Source: Prorocentrum cordatum (Eukaryota). From it: a DNA stretch of 53,268 bases. The DNA is taken from contig CAUYUJ010000332.1 in assembly GCA_963575745.1 (NCBI GenBank), positions 62,001 to 115,268 of the forward strand. The letters run 5' to 3'. This document shows, in pieces, positions 23,879 to 35,996 of this stretch (within the stretch, counting starts at the first letter, position 1; every line of letters begins with the position of its first letter). The notes below the pieces were generated by a model that was given only the letters and a program-made list of their open reading frames with translations, was not told where the DNA came from and made no database searches. Position numbers and translations under genes: made by a program.

Positions 23879-26123
23879 CTGGCATGGGAGGTGGACATGG
23901 AGGAGGAGTAAGAGGAGGAGGAGGGGAGGAAGGGAGGAGACGGAGGACAATTGGATTCGAGGAGGCCGAGCACGAGCCAACGCTCCGATGAGGTGAGGAG
24001 GATGAGGATGAGGAGGAGGAGGAGGAGGAGGATGAGGATGATGATGACGACGATGATGATGATGATGATGATGATGAGGAGGTGGAGGAGGAGGATGAGG
24101 AGGAGTAGAAGAAGCGCAGAAAGTGGGGTTTGGTGGTGGTGTGTGTGGGGGGGAGGGGGAGACAATGGAGAGGGAGGAGGGGGAGTGTAAGGGCAGGATT
24201 CTATTTCGATTCAGCCATGCCGATGACGAGTCGACGCCCCTGCGCAAACGTATGGGGAGGAGGGGGAGGATGCTGAGGAAGAGGGTGCGGACGAGGATAA
24301 AGATGAGAGGGATGAGGACAAGGGGAGGGAGAGAAGAGGGAGGAGGGTGAGGATAAGGATAAGGATGATGAGGAGTAGGATGGATATGTTGAGGGGCTTG
24401 CTGAGGGGCGGGTGGATGGTCACTCCTCCTGTTGACTCTGCTGCACATCCACATCCATCATCTTCACCTCGACCTTCTCCTTCTCCCCCCTCCCCCTCCT
24501 GTTCACCATTTTCTCCCTACTCCTCACCAGGCTCTGTCCTCCTCCTCGTTCTACTCATCCTTCTTCTGCATTTGAAATGTAAGTGGGGCCGAAAGCTGCT
24601 CACGTGCTGCATGCAGCACGCTGCGCGCTGCTAGCACAATAAACTAAATGTGCCTCAATCCCTCACATATCCTCCTTCTTCTGCTCTTGCTCCTCCTCCT
24701 CCTCCTCCTCCTGCTCCTCCTCCTCCTCCTCCTCCTCGTTCGGTCGCGTCCAGTGGGTGACCCGCCGATCATGAACCGTTTCTCTTCGCAAGTTAAACTG
24801 CGCGGTGTCGTTGCAGATCTAGTTGGTCAAACTATACAAGCGTTTGCAGAGACGATCAGCCTGGCAGTTTGCACGTTTGCAGGGACGCTCTTTTGGGGGA
24901 GAGGGAGGTTCGCCCATGCTGGCCCCAGCACTGCCCCGACCTGGCAGAGGCAGCCTCGGTGCACCCGCGGAGTGCGCCAGGACTGGCCCCCAAGTGGCCC
25001 CCAGATGGCCCGAAGACCCCCCGCTCCCTGGACCTCCCCGGCAGCATCGAGGTCTCCAAACTGCCCCATGAAGGGCCCCCGTGACGCTCCACGCGGGCGC
25101 CGAAGGCACCCGCCGGCAAGGCCTGGGGACACGCCGCACCACGGAGAGCCCGCCCGCCTGCTTCGTCCCGCGGGCCCTGGCCTCGCCGCCTGCGCGTTCG
25201 CCGTCGTCTGCCTCCTCCCCCCCACTCCTCCTCACTCCTCCTCCTCACTCCTTTTCCTCCTCACTCCTCCTCCTCGTCCTCCTCCTCCTCCTCACTCCTC
25301 CTCCTCCTCCTCCTCACGCCTCCTCCTCACTCCTCCTCCTCCTCACTCCTCCTCCTCCCTCCTCCTCACTCCTCCTCCTCCTCCTCCTCCTCCTCCTCCC
25401 TCCTCCTCCTCCTCCTCCTCCTCCTCCTCCTCCTCACTCCTCCTCCTCCTCCTCCTCCTCCTCCTCCTCCTCCTCCTCCCTCCCTCCTCCCTCCCTCCTC
25501 CTCCTTCCTCCTCTCCCTCCTCCTCGTCCTCCTCCTCCTCACTCCTCACTCCTCACCTCCTCCTCCTCCTCCTCCTCCTCCTCCTCCTCCTCCTCCTCCT
25601 CCTCCTCCTCCTCCTACCCCCCCTGTCCGCCGCCGCACAGCACAGACTGCCGGGAGACGGCGGCGCTGGCGCAATAAGCCCTCGGCCGTCTGGAAACGAT
25701 CTGGCGGCATTGCTCGCCACGAAAGCCAGCCGCCAGTCCTTCCGTGGCGCTGGCTTCCTGCGCCATTCGGCCCAAAAGGCAGCCCTCGGACTACCTGCAG
25801 GGCCCCCCGGGCGCCGAGCTTGCCGCTGCGCCGAGACCACAGCCAGGAAGACTCCTTGTTCGTCGTCTTCTCCGCTGCCATAGTGAGCGGGCACATGCTG
25901 CATGCTACGCTGATGGCCATGTTGCAACATCTGCTTCACTGGTGGCACAAGGGCGAGTCGGGCGCACGGTGAGGCGGATCGGGGAGAGCACACCCCGAAC
26001 CACGGCGCCACTGCGGCCTGATCTGGCGACGGAGCCCGCCGATTCCGCACTGAGACGGGACCAGTCGCTCACCAGTCGCTCACCTACGCGATGCCTCCCC
26101 CCATTCCAGCAGCCGTTCGGCTA

Positions 26124-26476
26124 CACGCAAGAGTGACCCTGGGTAAGAGTTGGTGGTGGACAAACCTCCCTTCAGTAAACCTCCCTTTAGTGAAACGCGT
26201 TCCAAGACCGAAACCGACGGACCTGGACCCGCAAACATGACGGCCGCGACGCCCTCTCGCGAACCGAAAACGGCCGATTCGCCAATCGACGTGTCAGGGT
26301 AGGAGGTCTATATCAACCTCCGAATGAGTGACCCCTTGGTGCGCATTTTTTGGGGGGGCCGCGGGGGGACCAACCGCGAGCTCGCGAGACACTACTACCG
26401 CATCGCGTTCGGAGATCGGGGGACCCCCAATGGGCCCGCACCCAGGGTCACTCCGGCGACGGGTCACTCTTACGTG
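26124..26476. mobile_element. MITE-like element with 16-bp TIR CACGYAAGAGTGACCC, carrying a ~175-bp insertion
   Basis: CACGCAAGAGTGACCC at 26124 and GGGTCACTCTTACGTG ending 26476; body aligns with 35614-35785 except for about 26150-26325. Confidence 0.7.
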
Positions 26477-27139
26477 CACTCGAGCCGTGCCCTGGCGGGA
26501 GCCGCCCGGGGAGCCGGGCTCGCCCCGAAGGCCGCCCGGGGCACCAGCTGTGGCCCGAGCACGGGCACGTCGTCGCTTCAAGGCTGGACCTAAACGTTGT
26601 TTTTGATTTTTTTTTCGTTTTGTTTTTTCGTATTGCTCTGCCGGTTTTCCTGTATCTCCCTGCTAAAACAAAAACACAGCAAAGCCGAAGTCCAGCAAAA
26701 CAGCGGTGAGGTCCATTCTTGTCGTCGACAGTCAGCAATACAGCAACGGTGTGTGGTGGTCGACTGCTCCGTGTTGGGCCCGCTGGAAGCGCTCGCCGCC
26801 GCGGCCGGGTTGCCTCCAGGTGTTGGTGAGGGCCCGCTGGAGGAGGGGAGAGCCCCTGCCAAAGGGCGCCCTCCATTGTACAGGCTCCCGTTCTCAAGGG
26901 ATTGATTGTTCGATCGGGGCGTCTTCCTCCCTCCCTCCCTCGTCTCGTACTCGTCCTCGTCGTCGTCGCCGTCCCCAGTCCACCCTCCTCCTCTTCCTCC
27001 TCCTCCTCCTCTTCCTTCTCCTCCTCTTCCTCCTCCTCCTCCTCCTCCTCCCTCCTCCTCTTCCTCCGCCTCCTCCTCCTCCTCCTCCGCCTCCTCCTCC
27101 TCCGCCTCCTCCTCCTCCCCCTCCTCCTCCTCCTGTCCA

Positions 27140-28644
27140 TAGCCAGCGCGCCGGGCCAAATCAGTGACGGGCTAGCCGCGGCCAAGAGCACGACGAAACG
27201 GCGTCGTAGCGAAGCGGCTTGGTATCGTCGACAGCGTGCTACCAGAGCGGCGGCCCGAGTCATTGCACGCTGGTCGACGACTGACATCAAGCTAGCAAGA
27301 CGACAGCTTTCCCATCAAGATTATGCCAACATGGCAGCCGTATGTTCCAGTGCATCTCAGTCTTGGCTTTGTGCTTCCTGTTCCTCTGCCAACTTCCTCG
27401 AGAGTACCACGTGCAGAGCGTGCGATGCTACGACAATGGAGATTGATGGTGGCAAGGGTGCAGACTATGTCCGACGTGGCAAGGGGAAGGGCACAGGAAA
27501 GGGGCAGGCTGCGGCGGCCGCTCCTACCGAGCCCGATTTGAGCAACGTTCCTCCTCCTCCTCTGCCTGGCGTCCACGATCCTCCATTGCGTGCTCGTGTG
27601 CCGCGCAAACCATCGAGACACAAAGAGAGAGAAAGAGAGATCACCGTCAGTGGCTTTGCCGACGAGGCGGATACAAAACACAAAGGCGTTACGAACAATT
27701 TCTTCCAAAGGCTTGGCATCATCCGAGCCCTGCCGTCAGATGCGAGGATGCGCGTGCACTTCCCTGGCGAACTATATTCACATGTTACGGCCGCCATGCG
27801 AAATGAGTACATCTCAGGCTGCCGCGACCCGCTTCGCATCTGGTCAGGTACCATCAGGTTGGGAGAGCGAGCTGGAAAGATGGCACACGAAGATAGTCAT
27901 TGGTATGCTGCAGTATGACAGGTGCTCATCTTTGCAAGCCATACGATCAGCAAGTCTCGCGCCAAGAAGCTGCCCTCAAGCGTGCAGTCGCCAGACAAGG
28001 GATGATACAAACGTATCGAGTACACGAACAGCTAGTTTATTCGATCCGAGGAGCGGGCCGCATTGGCCAGCGAGTGGGTCCAACGCCACCAGGTTGCCCA
28101 CGACGAGGTCTCAGCTGCAGCGCCACCTCAGGAGATGGAGCTAGAACAAGACGAGCACGACAGCGGACAGACGCACGAGACGAGCAACAAGCTCAGATGT
28201 TGCATCAACCTTTGCCAATTCGTCTGGTACGCCTTCAGTCTCAGCCAGGCCCGATCTACGACACAAGCTGCATCGACGCTACAGGCTGGGCAGTTGGCAG
28301 ACATGTCGGTCATGCAGCGACAGCTGGCGCTTTTGACGTACACAGTTCAAAGACATCAACATGAAATGGCACTGGTCCAAGGAAAGCACGGCGCGCTAGT
28401 GACGGCGCTTGCTCGTGGACCTGGACAGTTGCAGGCTCCTCCTGCACCACAAGCTTTTGCACCTCAGCCTGCCCCAGCTGCTCCTGCCGCATGCGGGCCT
28501 TCGCGCCCCCCGCCACGGGCGGCGCCGAGAGTGCCACCTGCTCAGAGGCTAGCTTCGAGCCGGGCTGCCGATCAGACTGCTCTAGTGCCCGCGGCCGCTG
28601 GCGATCGCGAGCGCAATCCTGCTTCATCGCGATCGCGAGCGTAA
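27140..28644 (+). pseudogene. ORF1-like region of the LINE with a RanBP2-type zinc finger and a downstream coiled-coil/Pro-rich segment
   Basis: WLCASCSSANFLESTTCRAC at 27364-27423 fits W-x-C-x2-C-x3-N-x6-C-x2-C; followed by GKG repeats and Q/L-rich heptads (about 28260-28420). Assignment to the LINE is by position and strand only. Confidence 0.55.
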
Positions 28645-29002
28645 TTTTGTTTTATCGCGTCTGGAGCCAGAGTCGGCTGCGATCGAGGCGAGCGCAGGCG
28701 GGGGGGAGGCGCGGGCGACCTCGACGAGGAGGCACGCCGGGGGCGCGCGGCTCGCGAGGGGTGGGAGGCACAGCCGCTCCGACCGGTGAGCCTGACGATC
28801 GGAGTGCTCGCTGGTTCTCAGGCGCTGGCAGGTCCGACGTCGTGCCGGCTCCGCACGTCGCATAAGGAGGGCTCTTTCAGCAGTGGAGTTGCCAGTTGTC
28901 TCTCTATATTGGCGGCAGCATCAACAACATTTCATGCAATGCACCTTGGGTTTTCTCCGGTGTGTATCCGCATGGGACATGGACTTACAATGTGTGGAGA
29001 CG

Positions 29003-29430
29003 ATGAACATTTGTATGGACGGGTGCGGGCGGACGTCTGATGCTTGCGCCGGCCTTGGCGTTTCGTGCCTTGGTTGGGTCTGTGGATAGCCCTTCTCATT
29101 TCTGGACTGGCTTGGTAAGCTCTTTTGCGAGCGGCGAGCTTGATCTTCTCTCGACGTAGCTTAATCTTACAACTGAAACTCTGGCCCTCATGTGGACCAT
29201 GGCGTGGTCCATGCAAGCCCCATTCTCGAAGGTGCCGTTGCATTTTCATCTTGACAATGTGACTGCCATGCAAGGCGCCCAAGGTAAATGGGCTGTACAG
29301 CCTCTAGGGGGACTTGCTGACTGTATGCGCGCAAGGTATCATGTCCTTATGTGTTTCCAGACTGACTGTTTTCACGTGTACATGCTCGTGTCCAACATCC
29401 ACCCCAACAAATAGGTTGACACGCTCACTG
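29003..29430 (+). pseudogene. RNase H (RNase HI-like) domain remnant
   Basis: ICMDGC...AGLGV (cf. IYTDGS...AGWG), LNLTTETLALMWTMAW (cf. NNxAELxA), FHLDNVTA...GKW, HVYMLVSNIHPNK*VD (cf. HVxGHxxxPxNExAD). Four acidic positions at codons 29018, 29175, 29253 and 29418; one frameshift. Confidence 0.7.
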
Positions 29431-29695
29431 CGCTTGCTGAGCTTGGCATCATCAAAAGCCCAGACGAGTGCCCCTGGATGCCCATGCTGCAAGACCCTGT
29501 TTCGGCTAAGTGGGCTTGGCTAGAGATGCACCCTGAGGACTTGCGTGCTCAATGCCCTTAGATTCAGACCAGTCCTCTGATCGTTGGGATCCAGAGCTGC
29601 AGCATGCTTGCCCGCCTAAATCTTGTGCTGTTTGTACGCTACCAGGCCTGTTTCAAGCGGAGCACGTCGCGCCCGCAGGGGAGGATTCCTTGATG

Positions 29696-30540
29696 CTGAA
29701 AGTTCGCATGGCTTTCGCCAACGTCTTCGCTCTCCAACACACATCAAAGGGCAAGAAACTGGTTGGGGCGACTGTGTCAGGAAAGCCTCGTTGTTTGAAC
29801 AATTTCGGCTCCGAAAACTTACCGTCGTTGGAACCGCTGAATCAAGGATGCCGTACCCGGGCTGGGCCACCATTGGCTCGTATTTGATACTCCATGTCAT
29901 GAGTCAGGGTCACATGGTTGTTCCTAGTGGTTGAAACAACGGCGAGCAGCTTATACCTGGACTGTCTGACTCGGCTCTTTCGGGGCAACGTCTTACTGTG
30001 GTGGAAACGACTGCGACGGTGCTCGTCGTTACCTTGACAGTCGCTTTTCTCCGTGTTTCTTGTTGTGTTGGGCATGCGATTCAATCGGGACATCCCAACC
30101 CATCTATGCGCGATTGGTGGAAGAATGCCACCATCCCACTGCGACGCGCTGCTGACACCGCCGACGGTATTTTTCTACTTATCGACGCGAATGCCACGCT
30201 GTGTGCTACAATTTCGTATGCGGCGGAGTCCATGGGGACGGGAGCTGCGAATGTTTGTGGGTCTTGCTACCATGATTTACTTCGGGAGCTCGAATTGTGT
30301 TTGTCGTGTGCCTTCCTAGGGCCGACAGTTCGTCACAAGACGTGGGTTCCTCCAGGTGCTTTGTACCCTGCTAAGCGCATCGACTACGTAGCTGTCCCTC
30401 CAAGCTGCCTGTCCTACTTTTCAAGGTTGGGTGCCGATTGTGATATTGAGCGGTCGCTCTGTCCAGTTGCAAGTTGTCTTACCGATTCCTCAACTTCGAG
30501 CTTGCAACGTACTGGTCTCCAAAAAACCTACTATTGATCC
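29696..30540 (+). pseudogene. APE/EEP endonuclease domain remnant
   Basis: KVRMAFANV (motif I), VVGTAESR (cf. GLQETR), VGHA, LLIDANA (cf. GDxNA), TW...KRIDYVAVP (RIDY), in the expected order. Confidence 0.8.
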
Positions 30541-31449
30541 CAAACTAGATAATCACCCAGAGAAAATGCGGCAATTCAAAGGGCATGTGATGGCATGCCC
30601 GTGCCCTGCCTGGAAGGTGCCTCCGACTGGGCACTGCGCCAAGGTGGCGTTGCACGTTCGGCAAGGTGTGCGGATTTACTTTGTCGCGCTGAAGGAAAAG
30701 CTGTGACGGACCTCGCTGTCCCTTGCGTCAGACCAAAAATTCTGTCGCTAGGCTATGACCCGGTGCCGTTGTTAGAGACTGGCGTGCGCTCCTCGTCCAC
30801 GGGGAGAGTAGTTTTTGTCGATGACGTTGCAACTCGCTGTCGTTGCTCTCCTCTGGTTGCTGCAGGGCGCGATGGACAGCGCGCCAGATACTATTTGCAT
30901 GTCTAGTAAAACATACCATGCGAATTTCCGATGTCCGAATGCTCGAACTCGGCTTCGGTCGCTTATGTTTTGGAACCATATTCTGGGCAAAACTATGGGG
31001 CTCGCGGGCCGGGCCGCGAGTCTTGTTTGGGCTTAGTTCTTATCTGTGAGATGCTGCATCTGCAGGTTCAAGCACTTCAATCTACTGTATTTGCGTCTCT
31101 CGACAGAGCCGTTCAAACTGGACCTCGGCAAGACGTGGGCACAACTCTCAACGGGGGTGCACAATCCATCGCAGATCTCTGGTCTACTCGGCAATTCGAC
31201 GATGCGGGGCTGCTGGCAAAAAAAAATCGACAAGCTAAAGTTCCCCCCGCGGTCCAAGGTCTAGAAGCGTTGTTGGTTGCGTCTGTGAACGAGGCCAATG
31301 AGCTGCGGATGGATTATTTTGCTGAAAGAGAGCTGGCGGTCAAGCTCGTCCCCGCTACCTTCGCGCATGTTTTTCACGATCAGTGTGCCTCGGCAAATGT
31401 TGCTTCACGTTCTGTCCTCAATATACGCAGTTGGCAAGACTTTCGCAGA

Positions 31450-32900
31450 GAGCTGAGTTTGACAAAGGGCAATGCAGGTGGTGCTGATGGCCTCCATGGC
31501 TGGTTTATGCACGGGTGCGCTGACTCCATGGCTGTCTTCTTTTATCCGCTGGCGGTTCAGGCGACCTGCTTGATTTCCGAGCCGCTGCAATGGAAGAGGC
31601 GAGGGCTTACCCAGGAAATCCAAAGGTCGTGGCAACATATATTCTTCGAGTGTTCTAGGTCTATGTTGATCGCCTCCCAATAGGAAACAAGTATCATGCA
31701 TGTCTACGGGCTCTTGGCGATGCAGGCTGCTGTAGGTTCATGCCACTGCGCGGGAGTGCCTGATCGAGGCACTCAACTCGCTCTATTGGCCACTCGTGCT
31801 TTGCAAAGTCTGTGCAAGCGGCGGATTGCGCTTGCGCTGTCTTTTCGTGCGTGTGATGCTTCCTACATCGCTATACGAGAGCTCGTGCTCAAGACGGTCG
31901 TTTCCCCACAATATCTTCTGACTTTGTTGGAACTGGCGGGTCTTCCCGGGCGCCGTCTTCCTCTGCTGGCCCGGCGACTTCAAGAGCCCCCGTCTTCCCA
32001 TATGCAGGATTTGGATGATCACGTCAAGGCTGTAGTCGGTGCGGCTTATGGGATGGAATGTTTTCAATTACTTGGGGCTGCTCGCATTGCTGTGGCATTT
32101 CGGGGCACGCTTCCTCGGACTCCGTTCGCGGATGCGGGTTCCCTGCTTATCGCGGCAGAAATCACCGACGATCTTGCGCGCGTGTTATCAGGGCTTGGTC
32201 TCATGATCGCTTTTGCCATGCCCGTTAGCAACCCCTTGGGTGCTGACGGGGCAGGACGGGGGTTGGTCTTTCCTGGCCTGGTATATGCTGTTGATTCGCT
32301 GTTTGCAATGCTCGCCCCACTCACAGTTGCGCAAGAGAGTCTGGAGGATTCTGCAGGGTTGTGCTCAACTCGCGCGCCATCGTCGGCCTGGTTCCACACC
32401 TCAAGTTCGACAGACAGGAGTTGACATTGCACCTGGTTGGCCCAGGGTCCACTACATGCAGGAGACGCGTCTTTCATAGCCCGGACAAGCGATTTCCTCT
32501 TCGCTCTCTATTTTGTGGGGGTGATGCCATGCTTCTTGTTGGTTGTCAAGCTGGTCCACCGAGTGGCGGATTCAAGGGCGCAGCTTTCAGTTTGGAGCAA
32601 TGCCTTCAAGAGGGCCACGAAGGTTTCAGACACCGCGAAACTGATATTTACTGATTCCCTGGTCTTGAACTCGGCGTTGTACGGTGCAGGCGCATGGTGC
32701 ACTTTTTTGGGCGACGACGGTGTCCGCATTCGCTCCCAACATGTTCGACGGTGCAGACGTGTCCTCTGGCTTCCACGTTTTGAAGCAGGAGGGCCGTCAG
32801 ACGACGATGATATGGCTGCTGCGCTTAGACCCTCTGTCATCCATGTGCTAAAGGCGGCGCGTCTGCGCCTAGCTGGTCAAGTTCTGGCGCGACGCCTGCG
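31450..32900 (+). pseudogene. Non-LTR reverse transcriptase and thumb remnant
   Basis: KGNAGGADGL (cf. KAxGxDG), EPLQWK, RSMLIAS, DASYIAIRE (cf. DxxxAFY), RGTLPRTPFADA (cf. RGxRPGDPLAD), LVYAVD at 32278-32295 (cf. YADD), SALYGAGAW. Confidence 0.8.
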
Positions 32901-33223
32901 CCTCTTCTGGCGCTGCAACATGCTGAATGCGTTCAAACTCACGCCAAGGCCGAACGTAACTCCTGAATGACTAAAATTTTGGATGATTTTATCTGGCTGT
33001 GTTCGTGCCACCGGGTTGCAGGACGTGCCCCTACCGTCTACGGATTCAAGTGCGTGGGCCACTAAGGCGAAATCTTCCCGTGGCGCGTGGCTACGAACTA
33101 TTCATGAGGCTACTAAGGCTAGTTGACAAGGCAAGGAGAGACCTCGAGGGCTTGAGATGGGAGAAACGGCTCCTGACACTCCTCACCAGTGAAGGCCTCC
33201 CCTTTCCTTGCCTCCCGTTAAAA

Positions 33224-33400
33224 TGCCATTTTGCGATGTTACCTAAAGAAATGTACCTTCCTTCGATGCCCACGTCCGAACCGTGCATGCCGCATTCTGA
33301 GACATTGCAAGAAGGCGCGTTTTTGCCTATCAGCGCCTAGCCTGCCTCGTAAATCTGGTGTCAAGGTCGATGCTGATCAGGCATGTTGCGACCTGGCGTC
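33224..33400 (+). pseudogene. C2H2 zinc-finger pair remnant downstream of RT
   Basis: (C)PFCDVT*RNVPSFDAHVRTVH fits C-x2-C-x12-H-x4-H after a 1-nt frameshift; a second degraded finger xLACLVNLVSRSMLIRH follows. Confidence 0.55.
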
Positions 33401-33799
33401 CCACTTTTTTTTGACTTTCTACTTTCACCATGTTCCGCCTCTGGCTCCGGAGCTTGCCCAGGAGCTAGTAGAACAAGGGGAACAGACAAACAGAGAGGCT
33501 TTCAAGAAAAGCTACTCAACATCCCATGCTTCCGTTCCATCACGAGTCGTCGCAGGGCCCACTCGCCCGGCAGCCAGGATGTTCCAGATCATGTGTCCAC
33601 GGGGCCAGGCTCAAGAGTATGCTCATAATTCTTGAAGACGCATCACTGGATGGCCACGCAGGATCCTACATGATTTTGCCATCTCAGCCCCTGGCCCCCC
33701 GTTCGGTTGAGGGCTTGTTTCTTTGTTGGCCTATTGATCCCAATGATTATACTAGGATGTTAGCACACTAGCCATCTCGCAGATTGCATCACCGAACAG

Positions 33800-34510
33800 T
33801 TTTTTATAGCCACCATTTTCTATGGCCAGCGTAGGGAAGGTGGTATTCATTCTGCTGTGGAAGCATCCTTAGAGCTGATCTTGCCTACGGTAGAAGTGCG
33901 TGGCCTGTCGGTAGATATTCTCGTAGACGCAGGTGTCGCGGATCTCAATAAGCAATCTACATGAGAGCCTTGGTCTAGTCGCACCAAGGCTGGACGAATG
34001 GATGCGTTAGGAGGGGGCTTCCCGTTCGACACTTTTTCGGCAGCTCAGTGGAAAAACGGGCCCCTCCCTCCGTTCAGATCCTGGACTGCCCATCTTGGGG
34101 TTGGCGGCTCTCACTCCCGGGCAAAGGCTTCAAGTGAATGTGGCCAGTGTGCTGTGTATGGCCACCATCGAATTGTTAAGTGTCATGGCAGTCGCTGCAG
34201 GATGTGGGTGGGTGGAAGCCCTGCTCTGTCCTCTCTGGGGGCCCTCATGGCATCCCCAGCTTGTCATAGCTCACAATTTGACCAATGCGATTTCGGACAA
34301 GACCGGAAAGCCCCGCAAAGTAATCATCCTAGCCGTGCGTTTGCCTTCCTTGGCCATCGCCCTGTCTGACACGCCTGGTGGTGGCAAGTACGGCCACGGT
34401 CCTAGAGGCCACCAGACGCTTGTAGGTCAGAAGAAAACGGAGGAAGCTTTCCGAACAGCCAGGAAGAAGGTTCATCCTCCATCGTTGTGTGCAGTAATAA
34501 GTCGACCCAT
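33800..34510 (+). pseudogene. C5-cytosine DNA methyltransferase domain remnant within the LINE
   Basis: IATIFYGQRREGG (motif I-like, 33806-33844), LSVDILVD, ADL, GGGFPFDTFSAA (motif IV-like, 34010-34045; Cys codon now TTC), GCGWVEA (motif VI-like), FDQCDFGQ..K, FRTARKKVHPPSLC, in the canonical order. Confidence 0.7.
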
Positions 34511-35418
34511 GTTAGACATCATCCTGCCGACGTTGGAATTTGTTTTGCAAGATGCCAGGCAGCAGTGTGAATACATGCTTAGTTTTTTGTTTCGTGGATA
34601 TCCATCGATGCCACTGCCCCGGCCATGGGTCCAAATTTTGCTCTCCAAAGGTCTGTACGACAGACTTCCACCATTGCTAAGATCAAGACAGTGTGGATTG
34701 AATCCAGGCCAGTGAGAGCAATGAGGCGATGACCTTGTCAATCGCTCTATGGTAATACAGTTTGCTCGTGAAGCGCGTCCAGAAATGCCAGGCGAGTCTC
34801 AGGAAGACCCGTGGTTTTCTTCTCCGCCGTCTGCGTCCCCGCCCCACCTCCTCTTCCACCACCGCCTCAGCTCTCGGCTGCTGTCCTTGTTCGGACAGCC
34901 GCCAACCGAGCTGAAGCCCTCAGACGGAGGAGCGAGCGTGCATCAGAAGCTCGGAGGCTGCCAGCTCAGGCCATCAATCTCTTCGGGCCGCCGCGAGAGC
35001 TCCAGCCACGTGCGCCCGGGGGCAGGGCCCAGGCTGCACAGATGGTCCCAAGTTGCCGGAGCAGGGCCGCAGGGGTTGAGATCCCGGGGGGAGGGTCGGA
35101 TGACTGTTTTTGGGAGGGGTTTCTTCCAGGGTCTGCAATCATCCTGTGATTTACTTGGCTTCCTGCGCCGAGTTTGCCCATTCGTACTTCTCATCATACT
35201 CTTAGAGGCTTGCCTCTTGACCCGTCAGCGGGCCCTTCTGGTCTGCAGGAGCTTTGTCTTCCTGCACACCCCCGGCAGCAGCCCCCCTGTGGAGCTCTTT
35301 CGCGGGCCCCTCCGATCCGATCCCGCCGGCTGCAGCACCGCTCAATGATGTGCTGTTTGACCGAGCCTGCAGGGTGGGCCCTTTCCCCGTCGTGCTTCGG
35401 TGCGGATCGTCTGCGCGT

Positions 35419-35489
<71 letters not shown>

Positions 35490-35494
35490 GCGTT

Positions 35495-35531
<37 letters not shown>

Positions 35532-35613
35532 TCGTGGTCGTGGTGCGTGCTGCTCTGCTCGGAACTTGCTTCCCTCATGCAGCGACCACCGCCAGCACAC
35601 CTCCTCTCGACTT

Positions 35614-35785
35614 CACGCAAAAGTGACCCTGGGTCAGAGTGACCTTCGGTGCGCGGGTTCTTAGGGACCCGGGGGGTGCTAACACACAAGCGCGCAAGAC
35701 ACTGCTATCGCATCGCGTCCGGCGGTCGGGGGACCCCAGTGGGCCCGCACCAAAGGTCACTCTGGCGAAAGGTCACTCTTACGTC
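35614..35785. mobile_element. Second, uninterrupted ~170-bp copy of the MITE-like element
   Basis: CACGCAAAAGTGACCC...AGGTCACTCTTACGT with a nested second AGTGACC/GGTCACT pair. Confidence 0.7.
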
Positions 35786-35867
35786 CAGGGAGGAGGAGAA
35801 GGGATGAGGAGGGAGGAGGAGGAAGAAGGGAGGAGAGGAGAGGAGAGCCAGGAGAGGAGCGCGGAAA

Positions 35868-35996
<129 letters not shown>

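Larger units (their letters stand above)
27140..35150 (+). mobile_element. Decayed non-LTR (LINE) retrotransposon carrying RNase H, APE endonuclease, RT, C2H2 fingers and a C5 DNA methyltransferase (SymbioLINE-Dnmt-like)
   Basis: About 8 kb free of microsatellites; collinear plus-strand motif remnants across many stops and frameshifts (see sub-features). Ends are approximate and no TSD was found. Confidence 0.85.

Noticed and set aside
25795..25881. Possible first exon (MAAEKTTNKESSWLW...ALQ|GT) of the coiled-coil gene, minus strand
   Set aside because: ATG and GT donor are present, but nothing links it to the other exons.
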